Positions 1-10,900 of a DNA stretch of 64,000 nt are shown here, piece by piece. A model generated the notes under the pieces. It saw only the letters and a program-made list of their open reading frames with translations. It made no database searches and had not been told where the DNA came from. The DNA comes from an uncultured Lachnospiraceae bacterium (GTDB lineage: Bacteria; Bacillota; Clostridia; Lachnospirales; Lachnospiraceae). The position numbers were made by a program, and so were the translations under genes. The stretch spans positions 6,670-70,669 of the forward strand of contig CAMEOT010000003.1 in assembly GCA_945929965.1 (NCBI GenBank), read 5' to 3'. Each line of letters opens with the position of its first letter. Within the stretch, counting starts at the first letter, position 1.

Positions 1-258
1 ACCAACAGCTTCAGCTCCGATGATACCGGCATCAGCATGTCTGTAACCGTAGTTGGCAAACCGGCAGCGGCAGAGACCATCAAAAATATTCGGAATATGA
101 AGAGTATTGAGGAAGTATCTGTCAGCGGTATTACAGACAGTACAGATGAAGCCGGCAATTCCATGGTGACCTTCAGTATCAGCGGTACCTATAAAGAACT
201 GACAGACGAGACAGAAGAGAACGGTGAAACACTTAGTTCCACCCAGACAGCACAGTAA
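1..258 (+). CDS. PilN-like type IV pilus assembly protein, C-terminal fragment (5' end upstream of window)
   Basis: Frame 1 is open from nt 1 with no stop before the listed ATG at 37, and ends at 258. It directly precedes a PilO-like gene and four prepilin-signal genes. The assignment rests mainly on position and size. Confidence 0.4.
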   Translation, partial: TNSFSSDDTGISMSVTVVGKPAAAETIKNIRNMKSIEEVSVSGITDSTDEAGNSMVTFSISGTYKELTDETEENGETLSSTQTAQ

Positions 259-277
259 AGTGGGAGGCAGATAACAG

Positions 278-1015
278 ATGAAAGTTAAAAAAAGTGAAAT
301 ACAACTTTTAGTTGCAGTAATCGGTATTCTCATTGCTGTGTGTACGTATTTCCTGGTATATGCTAAGTTTAATGAAAAATCAGATGCGCTGGAGTCCCAG
401 AATGCATCACTGGCATCACAGGTAGCAACCTTGCAGGTGTTGGAGGAACGTAAGGCGGATTACATTGCTGCAACGGAGAAAATGAGGAATTATATAATCT
501 CTTTTGAAAACCGTTATCCGGCAGATATTTTACCGGAAGACAGCATCATGATGATCAATACTCTGGAAGGCATGACCAGGACCACCGTTGCAAGCATTGC
601 ATTTGGTGAGAGCAGTGAGGTGGTATATGCCGCAGCACAGACCACAGATACGACAGCCGCTGATACTGCATCCGCAGACGAAACAGAAGCATCTGCTGAC
701 ACCACAGTAACAAGTGGGCCAATCACCACAGAGGCAACTACATATGCAGATACACATATGTATGAAGTACCTTTAAGTATCAGTATTGAATGTACTTATA
801 ACGACTTCAAGGGATTGATCCGTTATATTTACAGTTTACAGGAACGCAAGAGTGTCCATGGAATCAGCATTGGTTACAATGCGGAGACCGGAATGCTCTC
901 CGGCAGCATGAACCTGTCATCTTATTATCTGCAGGGCACTGATAAAATCTACACTGAACCGGATATCTCCGGAGTCGGCTTAGGAGTAGATACGATTTTC
1001 GGAAATATGGAGTAA
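278..1015 (+). CDS. PilO-like type IV pilus assembly protein
   Basis: 245 aa. An N-terminal TM helix (LLVAVIGILIAVCTYFLVY) is followed by a coiled-coil stretch (SQNASLASQVATLQVLEERK), which is the PilO layout. GGGAGG lies about 10 nt upstream. There is a T/A/D-rich low-complexity insert mid-protein. Confidence 0.55.
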   Translation: MKVKKSEIQLLVAVIGILIAVCTYFLVYAKFNEKSDALESQNASLASQVATLQVLEERKADYIAATEKMRNYIISFENRYPADILPEDSIMMINTLEGMTRTTVASIAFGESSEVVYAAAQTTDTTAADTASADETEASADTTVTSGPITTEATTYADTHMYEVPLSISIECTYNDFKGLIRYIYSLQERKSVHGISIGYNAETGMLSGSMNLSSYYLQGTDKIYTEPDISGVGLGVDTIFGNME

Positions 1016-1020
1016 ACACG

Positions 1021-2397
1021 ATGCAGAAGCACACTAAGGAAAAACAACTGAATAATGGTGGATTTTCCCTGGTGGAGCTGTTGATTGCAATCGTAATTCT
1101 GGCAATTATCGTAGTGCCGCTGCTGCATAGCTTTGTAACTAGCGCCCGTACCAGCGCCAAGGCGAGAAATACCATGCATGCAACCGCCATCGCGGAAGAT
1201 GTTATGGAGGACTTCGAGGCGTATTCCATAGAGGAAATGGCAAAGCAGTACCGGGATGCCGGCTTTACGGCACAAGAGGATGCAGACGGTAAATGGATAT
1301 TTAGTAAGCAGGACGATAAATCTACTACCTCAGGTACCTATGATGTAGTTGTAGAGTTGGATCCCACAGTGACACAATATGTGGATATCAATGAGAAAAA
1401 GCAGGTAGATATTCAGAATCTGGCAGGCAGCCTGAATGCTGTCTACACAGAATCAGAAGATGCATCAAGAGAAGCGTATCAGTATTTCCTTCAACACAGT
1501 GGCAGTAACATAGAAGGAATGACCGAAGATCAGATTGCACAGCTTGCCGTCAGCCTGGCAGAAAATGTGACTAAGACCATAGAGATTACCATTGACAGCA
1601 GTCGTGTGAAACTGGATCTCGGTAGTGCGGGAGAACTGGAGACGGATGTTTATTTGGTGACTGCCAGATCACAGTACCATTGCGATACGAGTCTGTTGGA
1701 GGGCCCTGCATATGGAGACTATCCGCAGACTGGAAACGATGCCATCATTTTCTCCAATGAGGAGAATGTGCGTAAGAGAGCGGCAGAATTAAAGGCAAAG
1801 GCAGATACCGGTGCCATACTGACAGATGCGGATAAGAGATTGTCCCAACTGGCGAATATTATTATCTGTATGCAGCCCCGGTATGAAGCAGCTACCAGTC
1901 CCAGAGTTGTAGATACCGTGATCGTAAATAATCCGGATAATGTGCAGACGAATGTATTTCTGGTAAAGCAGGAATTGTCGATTGCCAGGGAGACCGAGAT
2001 GCAGGAATCCTTCTCTAACTGGAATTTCCGCAAGTTAAATTACGGCGCAGAATATATTCTGAAGGAGAGTCATCCGGACTGGATCACATCGGAAGGCAAC
2101 GCAGCATGTAGATTACGGACCAATCTGCTGCCGGACAGAAATATTAAGTATACTTTTTATAATCTGGGAATTTCCGGACATACCAGATCCGGAGAAGCCT
2201 ATCGTCAGGAAGACCAGACGGACTATCAGCCTGCAGGTTCCGATGGGGCAAAGGTACTGACGATTCTGTCCGCAGACACATTGACTCCGAAAATACAGAA
2301 AAATCATATATATGATATCAGAGTAAAGGTATATGAACAGGGAATGAAGGACAGCGGCACTCCGCTGATTACCATGGACGGTACTGTAGTTCAATAG
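1021..2397 (+). CDS. Large minor pilin / pseudopilin with prepilin-type N-terminal cleavage-methylation signal
   Basis: N-terminus is KQLNNGG/FSLVELLIAIVILAIIVVPLL, a class III signal with Glu at +5. It is 458 aa and starts 6 nt after the PilO-like stop. Confidence 0.75.
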   Translation: MQKHTKEKQLNNGGFSLVELLIAIVILAIIVVPLLHSFVTSARTSAKARNTMHATAIAEDVMEDFEAYSIEEMAKQYRDAGFTAQEDADGKWIFSKQDDKSTTSGTYDVVVELDPTVTQYVDINEKKQVDIQNLAGSLNAVYTESEDASREAYQYFLQHSGSNIEGMTEDQIAQLAVSLAENVTKTIEITIDSSRVKLDLGSAGELETDVYLVTARSQYHCDTSLLEGPAYGDYPQTGNDAIIFSNEENVRKRAAELKAKADTGAILTDADKRLSQLANIIICMQPRYEAATSPRVVDTVIVNNPDNVQTNVFLVKQELSIARETEMQESFSNWNFRKLNYGAEYILKESHPDWITSEGNAACRLRTNLLPDRNIKYTFYNLGISGHTRSGEAYRQEDQTDYQPAGSDGAKVLTILSADTLTPKIQKNHIYDIRVKVYEQGMKDSGTPLITMDGTVVQ

Positions 2398-2435
2398 TAG
2401 ATTTCATTACATTTTCATACCGGAAGGACATAGAT

Positions 2436-4934
2436 ATGAGTAAGAAGTTCAGACAATTGGCACAACAATATAAGGAACGGAAGAATAAAGGCTCGGCTAT
2501 GATCGTAGTGATCATGGCTATGGCCTTTATCGGCATTTTAGCCAGTGTCCTGATGTATATGTCTATGCTGAACTATCAGATGAAAGTAAATAACCTGAAG
2601 GCAAAAGATAACTTCTATTCTGCAGAAACGGTACTGGATGAGATTCGTGTGGGAATGCAGAGCAGAGTATCCGAATCCATCGGAACAGCTTATCAGAATA
2701 TTCTGCTGAATTATGATTCTGTCAGTATGGAAGAGAAAATGGTAAATCTGCGTTATGGATTTTTATCCAAGATGCAGCAATATTATGGAATAAAGCAGGG
2801 CTCTGGATCTATGGTACAGGATGTGTACAATCCGGTGGTAATGTTTGCATATCTGTCGGATGACATGGCAGAGGATACGACTCTTACAGTAACTTATGAA
2901 GTATCTGCCGGCAATAAAGTAGAATACTGTGTGAAACGCGATGCAGACGGGAATATAGTAGGTGGCAGAGTCGGCGGAAATATGCATACATTTACCATTG
3001 ATGCAGATGGAAATGCAGTGTATGATCCGGGGCTGACACTGGATGATATTCCCCACGGTAATACGAAATTATATACGGACGGGCTGTCTTATTGTAACCT
3101 GAAGGTGACCTATACCGACGCCTCCGGTTATGTGTCTGTGATTCAGACGGATCTGCGCGTGAAAATGCCGGATATGGAATTTGCACAGTCTGTGTCTCTG
3201 CCGGCGTTGACATCTTTTTCATTGATTGCAAATGATACATTACAGGTGATCCCGGCAAATGTGAATAATATCAGCAACAATGAGATTGCAGGAAGCTTCT
3301 ACGCAAAAGAGATGATCGTGGGCAGCAAGACTGCAGGCGAAGGTTATAATGTCAGCCTGGCATTGAAAGAAGTAAGCGATGATCAGGCGAATGCCGGCAA
3401 GCGGATGGTAGTAGCAGGGGATCTGTATGTAGGACAGGGAGCAGACTTGTCTACCGACAAATACGGAGAATTATGGGCAGGAACGATTTCCATGCATGGC
3501 GGTGCCAACGGTGGAAGCAGTACCGTTGATTTTGCAGGCAATGATGTCTATGTATCCGGGGATCTGACGATTGCCGGAGAAAATAATATATTCCGTGCAG
3601 GAACCGTAGACGGAGAAGAATATATCGGAAAATACATAGGCTTTGGCAGTGGTCAGGATGACAGTGCCAGCAGTGCAATCGTAGTCAATGGTAAAGATAC
3701 AGAACTGGATCTGGGCAAGCTGAAGAACCTGTCTCTGGCAGGCAATACCTATATTGCATTAAGCAAAACGGATGATCAGCTTACCGATGCAGATACCTAT
3801 CGCAATGATGCAGCAAATAAGCAGGATTTACTTATGGGACAGTCCATCGCTGTCAAGAGTGATCAGCTTGCCTATTTGGTACCGGCAGCGTGTATTGGTG
3901 TCAAAGACGGTAAAAATGTATTAAGCCAGGTATCGAATCCGGTGACACTGGAGCAGTATCGGGATCATATTGATCAGAAAGGCGTTAAAAAAGTTGCAGT
4001 GAATGTAGCCTGCAGTGAACTGGGCGGACATGATCTGGCATATTACGGAATTGATGAGAATCATATCCGGACATATTACAAGCGTATCAACAGTAAGATT
4101 ACGCTGGTGTATTTCTACGTTGCATTTGATAAAGACTCTGATACTGCAAGACAGCAGGCAAACAAGTATTTTCAGGATTATTACAATGTCAATAAGTCTA
4201 CCATGGACGCTTATGCGAGCCTGTATACTAACGATATTCAGATTCGCGATGAGGCGGCGGGAGCTTATATTATGCATCTGGCAGGCAATGTCGTACAGAC
4301 ATCGGATGCCGGGAGGAAGCTTCACAGCGCAACTCTGACAAGTGATGAAGAGAACAGCGGATATCAGTCCCTGCTTGCTACCGACCGGACGAAGTTCCAG
4401 GCTCTGTGCAGGAAAATGTTGGATGTCTATGAACAGCTGTCTTCCGCAGAAAAAGAAAGAACGATTTTCAAAAATCTGGTGGATGATGGCAAGATTGTGG
4501 AGTATGAGAGCGTTCTGAATGCAGACACAACATTGACACCCCAGCAGAGAGCGGATGCAAGATATTTCGGTGAATCGGATGCGGAAGATAAAGCCCTGAT
4601 CATACAGGGGGATTATATTTATACGGGAAATGGACAGGACAAGTTCGACGGACTGATCATTGCCACGGGAAATGTGACTGTCAATAAGAACTTTAATGGC
4701 ACGATTCTGGCAGGAGGTAATATCACTTTGGGTGAAAACGTGAAGGTACAACCTGACAGAGAGGCCGTGTTACATGTATTGACATATACCGCACAGGCGG
4801 GAAGTAATGAGTACCATGTGACGGATTTCTTAAGAGGGGGAGAAGGTTACCTGCGTGGAGACAGCAAGGTATATTCAGAAAGTGATATTAATCTGGGAGA
4901 TCTGATTGTATATGAAAACTGGCAGAAACAATAG
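2436..4934 (+). CDS. PilX/PilK-like large pilus-associated protein
   Basis: 832 aa. N-terminus KGSAMIVVIMAMAFIGILASVLMYMSMLNYQMKVN matches the PilX_N-type pattern: a hydrophobic helix, no Glu5, then AE..L. It sits in the operon between pilin genes. Confidence 0.6.
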   Translation: MSKKFRQLAQQYKERKNKGSAMIVVIMAMAFIGILASVLMYMSMLNYQMKVNNLKAKDNFYSAETVLDEIRVGMQSRVSESIGTAYQNILLNYDSVSMEEKMVNLRYGFLSKMQQYYGIKQGSGSMVQDVYNPVVMFAYLSDDMAEDTTLTVTYEVSAGNKVEYCVKRDADGNIVGGRVGGNMHTFTIDADGNAVYDPGLTLDDIPHGNTKLYTDGLSYCNLKVTYTDASGYVSVIQTDLRVKMPDMEFAQSVSLPALTSFSLIANDTLQVIPANVNNISNNEIAGSFYAKEMIVGSKTAGEGYNVSLALKEVSDDQANAGKRMVVAGDLYVGQGADLSTDKYGELWAGTISMHGGANGGSSTVDFAGNDVYVSGDLTIAGENNIFRAGTVDGEEYIGKYIGFGSGQDDSASSAIVVNGKDTELDLGKLKNLSLAGNTYIALSKTDDQLTDADTYRNDAANKQDLLMGQSIAVKSDQLAYLVPAACIGVKDGKNVLSQVSNPVTLEQYRDHIDQKGVKKVAVNVACSELGGHDLAYYGIDENHIRTYYKRINSKITLVYFYVAFDKDSDTARQQANKYFQDYYNVNKSTMDAYASLYTNDIQIRDEAAGAYIMHLAGNVVQTSDAGRKLHSATLTSDEENSGYQSLLATDRTKFQALCRKMLDVYEQLSSAEKERTIFKNLVDDGKIVEYESVLNADTTLTPQQRADARYFGESDAEDKALIIQGDYIYTGNGQDKFDGLIIATGNVTVNKNFNGTILAGGNITLGENVKVQPDREAVLHVLTYTAQAGSNEYHVTDFLRGGEGYLRGDSKVYSESDINLGDLIVYENWQKQ

Positions 4935-5505
4935 CAACAGAGGATATTCGCTGGTGGAGCTCATCGTGGTAATTGCCATTATGGCGATTCTGGTCGGTGT
5001 GTTTTCCATTTCCGTTGGTTCTCTGTCCGGCAGAAAAGTAAATAAATGTGCGGATGAGATCGTAGCTACCCTGGAACGGACCAGGGTGCTTACTTTGGGA
5101 AAAGAGCAGAACCAGGTAGAATTCCGACTGTATTATGATGCTACACAGAAAGAGTATAAGGCACAGATCTACCAGGGAGGAACGTTAGTGTCAGACCGCA
5201 CAGTAGGAAATGATGCCATTACAATTAAGGTTACCTTTGAAGGCGACGCTACGGAATATGACCTGAAAGCCGGCACCATACAGGGAAGCGAACCGTATGT
5301 AAATATCGGAAGCAAGACCGATGCGGAGAAGATTGGTCTATTCCTGGTATTTAACCGTTCCTCGGGAGCTTTTGAACAGAACACCAACAGTGTAGGTGGA
5401 ACGGATAAGACTTATTGTAAAAAAGTGACAGTAAGTGGTGGGAACAGAGAAATTGAGATCACTCCGGTAGGAAGAACCGGCAAGATTTTAAAACAATCTA
5501 AGTAA
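4912..5505 (+). CDS. Minor pilin (GspH/FimT-size) with prepilin-type N-terminal signal
   Basis: NSNRG/YSLVELIVVIAIMAILVGV. ATG 4912 is preferred over the track's TTG 4906. It overlaps the upstream stop (4934) by 23 nt, which suggests translational coupling. Confidence 0.75.
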   Translation: MKTGRNNSNRGYSLVELIVVIAIMAILVGVFSISVGSLSGRKVNKCADEIVATLERTRVLTLGKEQNQVEFRLYYDATQKEYKAQIYQGGTLVSDRTVGNDAITIKVTFEGDATEYDLKAGTIQGSEPYVNIGSKTDAEKIGLFLVFNRSSGAFEQNTNSVGGTDKTYCKKVTVSGGNREIEITPVGRTGKILKQSK

Positions 5506-5516
5506 GGAGGCTGACT

Positions 5517-7979
5517 ATGCATATCGGTAAAAAGGGTTTCACATTAGTAGAAATCATCGTTTCACTGGCAATCATGAGTATTGTTGCAGGAGCCGTGGGA
5601 GCATTTGTGATCGCCGGCAATAATTCTTACATGAGAGGGAACAAGGAACTGACCCTGCAGGAAGAAGCACAGCTTACTGCCAATCAGCTCATTGACCTGA
5701 TCATTGATGTAGAACGTGGCATCAGTTTCCGCACGACTACCGGACAGGCAGTGGATGAAGCGGGGAATCCCGTTGCGGACAATGTGCCTGTTTCTGAATT
5801 ACTTTTGCGCAATAATGATAATGTGTATATGGTCCGCTGGCAGGGGCAGACTGCCGGAGCAGAATATGCATCGGCGAACCAGCTATATCTGTACGAAGCG
5901 GCGAATACAAAAGATGTCGATGGCAAGATCACGGCATGGGGAGATCCTTCTGATCCTTCCCAGGCAACGCCTTCCCTGATGGCGGAATATGTCACAGCGT
6001 TTAATATTGACCTGACCGATCTGGAGAAGCGCAAGGTAAAACTGGAGATGACATTCGTCTACCAGGATAAGTCCTACAATGTCTCCGAGACCATCAAACT
6101 TCGTAATGACCTCTCTGACGAAGAGAGTGACGGATATGTGTGGATCGATGGACTGTCCATTGCCCCCAATAAGGCAAATGTAGCCCGCGGTGCATCCCAG
6201 ACCTTCACCTATAAATTCAGCGGAGACAGTGCGGCAGTAAAGGCAGCAACGGCACAGGGCGTGAGCTGGTCTGTCAGCAAGGCTGACGGAAGCGCATGTG
6301 GCAGCACCATTGACAGTGATGGCAAATTATCCGTGGCTCTGGACGAACAGCTGGGTGATGGTGTACTGACCGTAACCTGTACATCTAAGGCGGATACCTC
6401 TAAGGTTGCAACGGCGGTGGTGAATGTTGAGACGAACGTGCATTATTCCATCTCCATCAGCCCCAAAGCAGAAAATATCATGCAGGGACAGCAGAAGACC
6501 TTTACCTGCACAGTCACCAAGACGGAAAACGGTAAGACAGAAGAAGTAACCGGCATGGCTGTAGATTGGGATGTGGCGGCGGACGGTGTGACCAAAGATG
6601 CCGATACCAAGATCGTAAACGGTGTACTTACCGTAGGCAGAAATCAGAAAGAGGGAACCGGAGTATTACAGGTGACCTGTATGCTCAGTAACGATAAGAG
6701 CATAAAAGATACCGCAATGGTGAATGTATTACCGTATAGCGTGATTGATGGCAAATATGATGCGAAGCTGATCGCGGAGACACTGACATTGTATGATCTG
6801 GATACTCTGGGTGAACCGAATGTAAACTCTAAAAGAGTAGGATATACGGGACAGATTGAATGTCTGCCGTCCTGGGCGGATTATGCACACGGCTTTCCTA
6901 AGATTGTGTGGAGTATTCCGGAAGATCCTACACAGAGCAAATATACGATCACCGGTAATGAGGGACCGAATGAATCCCAGTATACAGCCACATTGAGATG
7001 CGGCACCCAGTACAATGTGAATAATCCGGGTGTCAGAGTCGTGGCAAATGTAAAGCTTTCTGAAGATGTGATGGTGGTATTGGATATCGTTATCGTAGTT
7101 CCGGATCTGAAGACGGCAGTTATTGAAGAGGCACCTTATATTTATTCGAGTCAGTTTGTATTAAACAGAAACGATAAGATTACATGTAGTATTAAGAACT
7201 ATAACCAAGACGGTGGAAAGGTACTTTGGAAGATCGCGGATTTGCAGTCTGATTTATATAGCACGTGTACTCATAATGGGGTTAGCTATAGAAATCCAAT
7301 GGTTGGATTAACTCCTTTAAAACATATGGGTGTTGGAGATAGATGGCCGTCCTATGAACTTGGAGATAACGATATTGATGGATGTAAAGATCATGGTACA
7401 TTTGATTTTACAACAGAACGTATCGGGACGACAACGGATGTGTGGGCAAAATGGTATGTTGATATGGATAAGGAATACCATCTAAATCTCCAGGCATGGT
7501 CTTTGGATGGAACAACCTTAGTAGCAGAAACGACTATTTTGATTCCGAAATTTGATATTTTGTTCTATAAGGGTGAGCATGTGAAGGAGATAGTAATACC
7601 GACAGACAATGACTTCCAGATTCAGGTCGAATTCTATGGTTTTACAAATTATAGCGTTGTTATGGATAAGTACAAAGATCAAGCAGAAGGTATTGGACCT
7701 CATAAGTTGGAACTTGATGCAAAGATTACGGGAGAATATATTAGCACAGAGGATCACACTATTAAACCAGGTGGATACTCAGATTTGATTTCGCTTCGAA
7801 AAAATGGTCTGTATGATTCTCCGCCAAGCGTGGAAGTGAATATTGGAGATAATAGTTCTTGGGCGCAATGGGGAGGACAAGTTCAGAAAAATGAATATTT
7901 ATTATTGTCATTTTGGGATGTAAATCATCCGGAGCTTAAGCGAAATCTGATGCTTGTGTTAAAGAAAAATAATTCTTAA
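5517..7979 (+). CDS. Large pilin-like protein with prepilin signal and Ig-like (Big_2-type) repeats
   Basis: HIGKKG/FTLVEIIVSLAIMSIVAG signal. SD TAAGGAGG is upstream. Two or three repeats have the pattern A/I.P....(V/I)..G..Q.F.......V.W.V......T.I...G.LTV......G...VT, as in bacterial Ig-like group 2 domains. 820 aa. Confidence 0.75.
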   Translation: MHIGKKGFTLVEIIVSLAIMSIVAGAVGAFVIAGNNSYMRGNKELTLQEEAQLTANQLIDLIIDVERGISFRTTTGQAVDEAGNPVADNVPVSELLLRNNDNVYMVRWQGQTAGAEYASANQLYLYEAANTKDVDGKITAWGDPSDPSQATPSLMAEYVTAFNIDLTDLEKRKVKLEMTFVYQDKSYNVSETIKLRNDLSDEESDGYVWIDGLSIAPNKANVARGASQTFTYKFSGDSAAVKAATAQGVSWSVSKADGSACGSTIDSDGKLSVALDEQLGDGVLTVTCTSKADTSKVATAVVNVETNVHYSISISPKAENIMQGQQKTFTCTVTKTENGKTEEVTGMAVDWDVAADGVTKDADTKIVNGVLTVGRNQKEGTGVLQVTCMLSNDKSIKDTAMVNVLPYSVIDGKYDAKLIAETLTLYDLDTLGEPNVNSKRVGYTGQIECLPSWADYAHGFPKIVWSIPEDPTQSKYTITGNEGPNESQYTATLRCGTQYNVNNPGVRVVANVKLSEDVMVVLDIVIVVPDLKTAVIEEAPYIYSSQFVLNRNDKITCSIKNYNQDGGKVLWKIADLQSDLYSTCTHNGVSYRNPMVGLTPLKHMGVGDRWPSYELGDNDIDGCKDHGTFDFTTERIGTTTDVWAKWYVDMDKEYHLNLQAWSLDGTTLVAETTILIPKFDILFYKGEHVKEIVIPTDNDFQIQVEFYGFTNYSVVMDKYKDQAEGIGPHKLELDAKITGEYISTEDHTIKPGGYSDLISLRKNGLYDSPPSVEVNIGDNSSWAQWGGQVQKNEYLLLSFWDVNHPELKRNLMLVLKKNNS

Positions 7980-7993
7980 GTCGGTGAGACAAA

Positions 7994-10900
7994 ATGAAAC
8001 ATTTGAGAAAACAAAAATGCAAAAAGTACATAGCAGGTATCCTTACCATAGCTTTGGCAGCCGGAGTCTGCCAAAGCTATGGCTCCATGGAAGCTATGGC
8101 GAAGGAAGCGACGCTTCCCGGAATTGAAAAGCTGGTAACCGATACCATGAATGCGGGGGAAGTATTCCATATTCTGGAGATCGTACCGGATAAGAAGAAT
8201 GCATCCATAGGATATCTGATCGGTGGAGAAGAACCGGTGACGGAAGGCAGAAAACTGTCTGAATTAGTCTCCGCAAAGGAACGTCAGAATGCCATGGCGG
8301 AGATGAAGGCTGCGATCGATGCCGGAAACGGGGTCCTGAAGGGACTGTCAGGGCAGGACGGAGCGTTTAACTTCAGCAATTATGAAGAGAAGGAGGATGG
8401 CTCCGGGAGTGTGGAACTTCGCGGTCATTTTGTATTTCGCGGAGAAGGCGGTCATTACAATTATGTGAGTGAAGATGCACAGTATGGTATGCTTACGGAT
8501 GGTGAGGATTATCATGGAACCCGTTATGACCGTTACAGCAGTTTTAGCAAAGTCGATGACACCGACCCGGTGAAGAAGTATGTGATCCCTACTTTTTCCA
8601 TGATATCCGGGAATTCCAGCAAGCAGCTGCAGGCTACCATTACGGAAAATGGTGCCGATTCCTCAGCATATGCTATCGGGAAGTATGCTCTGTCTTATTA
8701 TGATAAGATTCCGGATGGCAGAATGGACAGCATTGATACAAGTAATTTTATAGCTGCAGATTATATCAATAAGGAACTCTGGCAGAGACAGGGAAACAGT
8801 GATGATTATTCCTATAGCTATCTTGGAAGAATTGTATTGGGTCTTCCGGAGAATTGTACGAAAATTGGTGGCAGTACCCAGGATACTACTGCGTCGAATG
8901 CAGATAATTTCGCAGTCACCTCAACAGCGGCGGAAACGGGTACGGTGGCGGATACAACGGTATCCGACGGTGATGCGGATACAGTTACTGTAGAGCCGGG
9001 GAGCACTGAGAATGCGGATGCAGAAGTAGAGGAACAGAGTGTCAGCGGGAATGATCCGGTTGCAGTGGCTGTTCCCACAGCGGATAATGCCGCAACACAG
9101 ACGGTTCCGATGGCTTCCGGTATCGAAGAGAATCTGTATATTTTAGACAAAAATGCGAATACGGCAACCTTATGGGCAGAAAAAATCGGGGAGACTTACC
9201 GATTTACTCCTGCTGCAGATGCCTATTTTCTGCAGTTCGAGATAAACGAAGCTGGAGAATATTATGTATCCCGTGCTGAGGTTGGACAGAACGGCGACTG
9301 GAGTCTCACGGATAACTATAGTGTCAGTGATACCGGACTTTACAAAATGACACAGGAAGGCAGCATGCAGGTGACTGTAGCCGGGGAAAACGGATTTGAC
9401 ACTACGCAGACCTACGATTTTATCCGTAATCTCAAGGAAGACAGCATTGGAACGGTCAGATACAACGGAGGATTTGATAACCGGGAATGGTTCAAGACAA
9501 ATGTACTGAACCTGTCGGAGGAAGATGCTGCGAGACTGCAGATCAGTGTGACGACACTTACTCCGGGAGAACTGGCAGATTTGGTAATGAACGGGACAGA
9601 CTATGGGGTAACTTTGTCTGATATCAATATGATCTATCTGTCCGGGCAGGGAGATTATGCAGGGGCACAACCGGATGCGACGGCGACGGTTCCTGAGGAG
9701 AATGCTGCATGGCAGATGGCAAATGCGGTTGCCCGACTGGCATTTGGTATCCAGAATGACACAGATACGGCGCAGAATCGTAATAATGCGATTCGTGTAC
9801 CGGTAGTGATGGATTATAATTTTTACGACAGTAATAACAAGGCGAAAAATACTACCATGGTCCGCCTGGCACAGACTTTGCTTCTGGTATCCGATGCAGA
9901 GGTATATAATGCACTGGCGAAGGAAGGATTGAATTATTGGAATGCCGCGGGCAGCGTAATCTCAGAATCGGGCTGTGCTGATAAAGTTAACAAACTGATG
10001 CAGAGCTTTGTAACCGAGCAGGGAATAGACAAAACAGAAGCAGATAAGATTAATCTGAGTACACTGAAAGATTTCCTGACAGATAATGTGTATCTCAATA
10101 ATGATGAGGATACAAAGTATGTAGCGTCAGATTACCTGACCAATATTTCGGCGAGAAGCAACAAAGATAACAAAGATAATGCATGGGTATATAATGCTGT
10201 TTTACAGGAAATCAAGTACGAAAATTTCCTGCTGCAGAAGGACAACAGCTCCCAGACAGATCTCTTAAAAGAAGAGATCACCAAAGCTTCCGTGACCAGA
10301 TATATTTTAAACTGGTATCTTCACAGAGTCATGGTGAAATCGAAACTGACGGTGCTGGATCTGGAGCCCTGCTATGACTATAGCGATACTACAAAACAGC
10401 AGCTCCAGAGCTTTGTCAGAAGTATTGCAGGAGTAACAGATCCGACGAAGATGGAAGTTGCGGTTGTTAATATGTCTTCGGAGGAATTCATCGGCAAGAT
10501 TGAAGACCTGAATGCTACATACGACCTGATCTACCTCGGAAGCCGTACCGGAATGATGAATACCAAGGATGGAAGTACGGTGTATAATAATACATCCATG
10601 GATGGGTTGATTTATACGCATGTTGGAGATTATTTTGATTACTCTTATGAGAATGATACGACAAGAGACCGGTGGAAGTCGAGACTGATAGATGATGAAC
10701 TGGTGAGTGACAAGAAAAAAACTGGAGAGACGAACACATACAGAGCTCCCGGTAATGATATGAATTCTACCAGATATGAAGAGTTTTTACAGTATATTAA
10801 AGCAGGATATCCGTTAATTATTTCGGATGATCTGGTAGATACTGCAAAGCTTGTACCGGCAGATACTTTAGATGTTAATTCATACTATTATCAGCTGGTC

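Noticed and set aside
3921-4751. 276-aa minus-strand ORF inside the PilX-like gene
   Set aside because: It lies antisense within a long, operon-embedded + strand ORF and has a low-complexity Ile/Cys/Leu-rich translation. The same reasoning applies to 15423-16094, 46650-47261, 50938-51561, 55397-56077 and 60132-60794 on the minus strand, and to the many short + strand ORFs inside 18872-23125.
1021-7979. Interpreting the pilin-like genes as a ComG competence pseudopilus operon
   Set aside because: They are preceded by PilN/PilO-like genes, not comGA/GB. Three of the products are 4-8 times larger than ComGD-GG-type pseudopilins. A type IV pilus tip module fits better.
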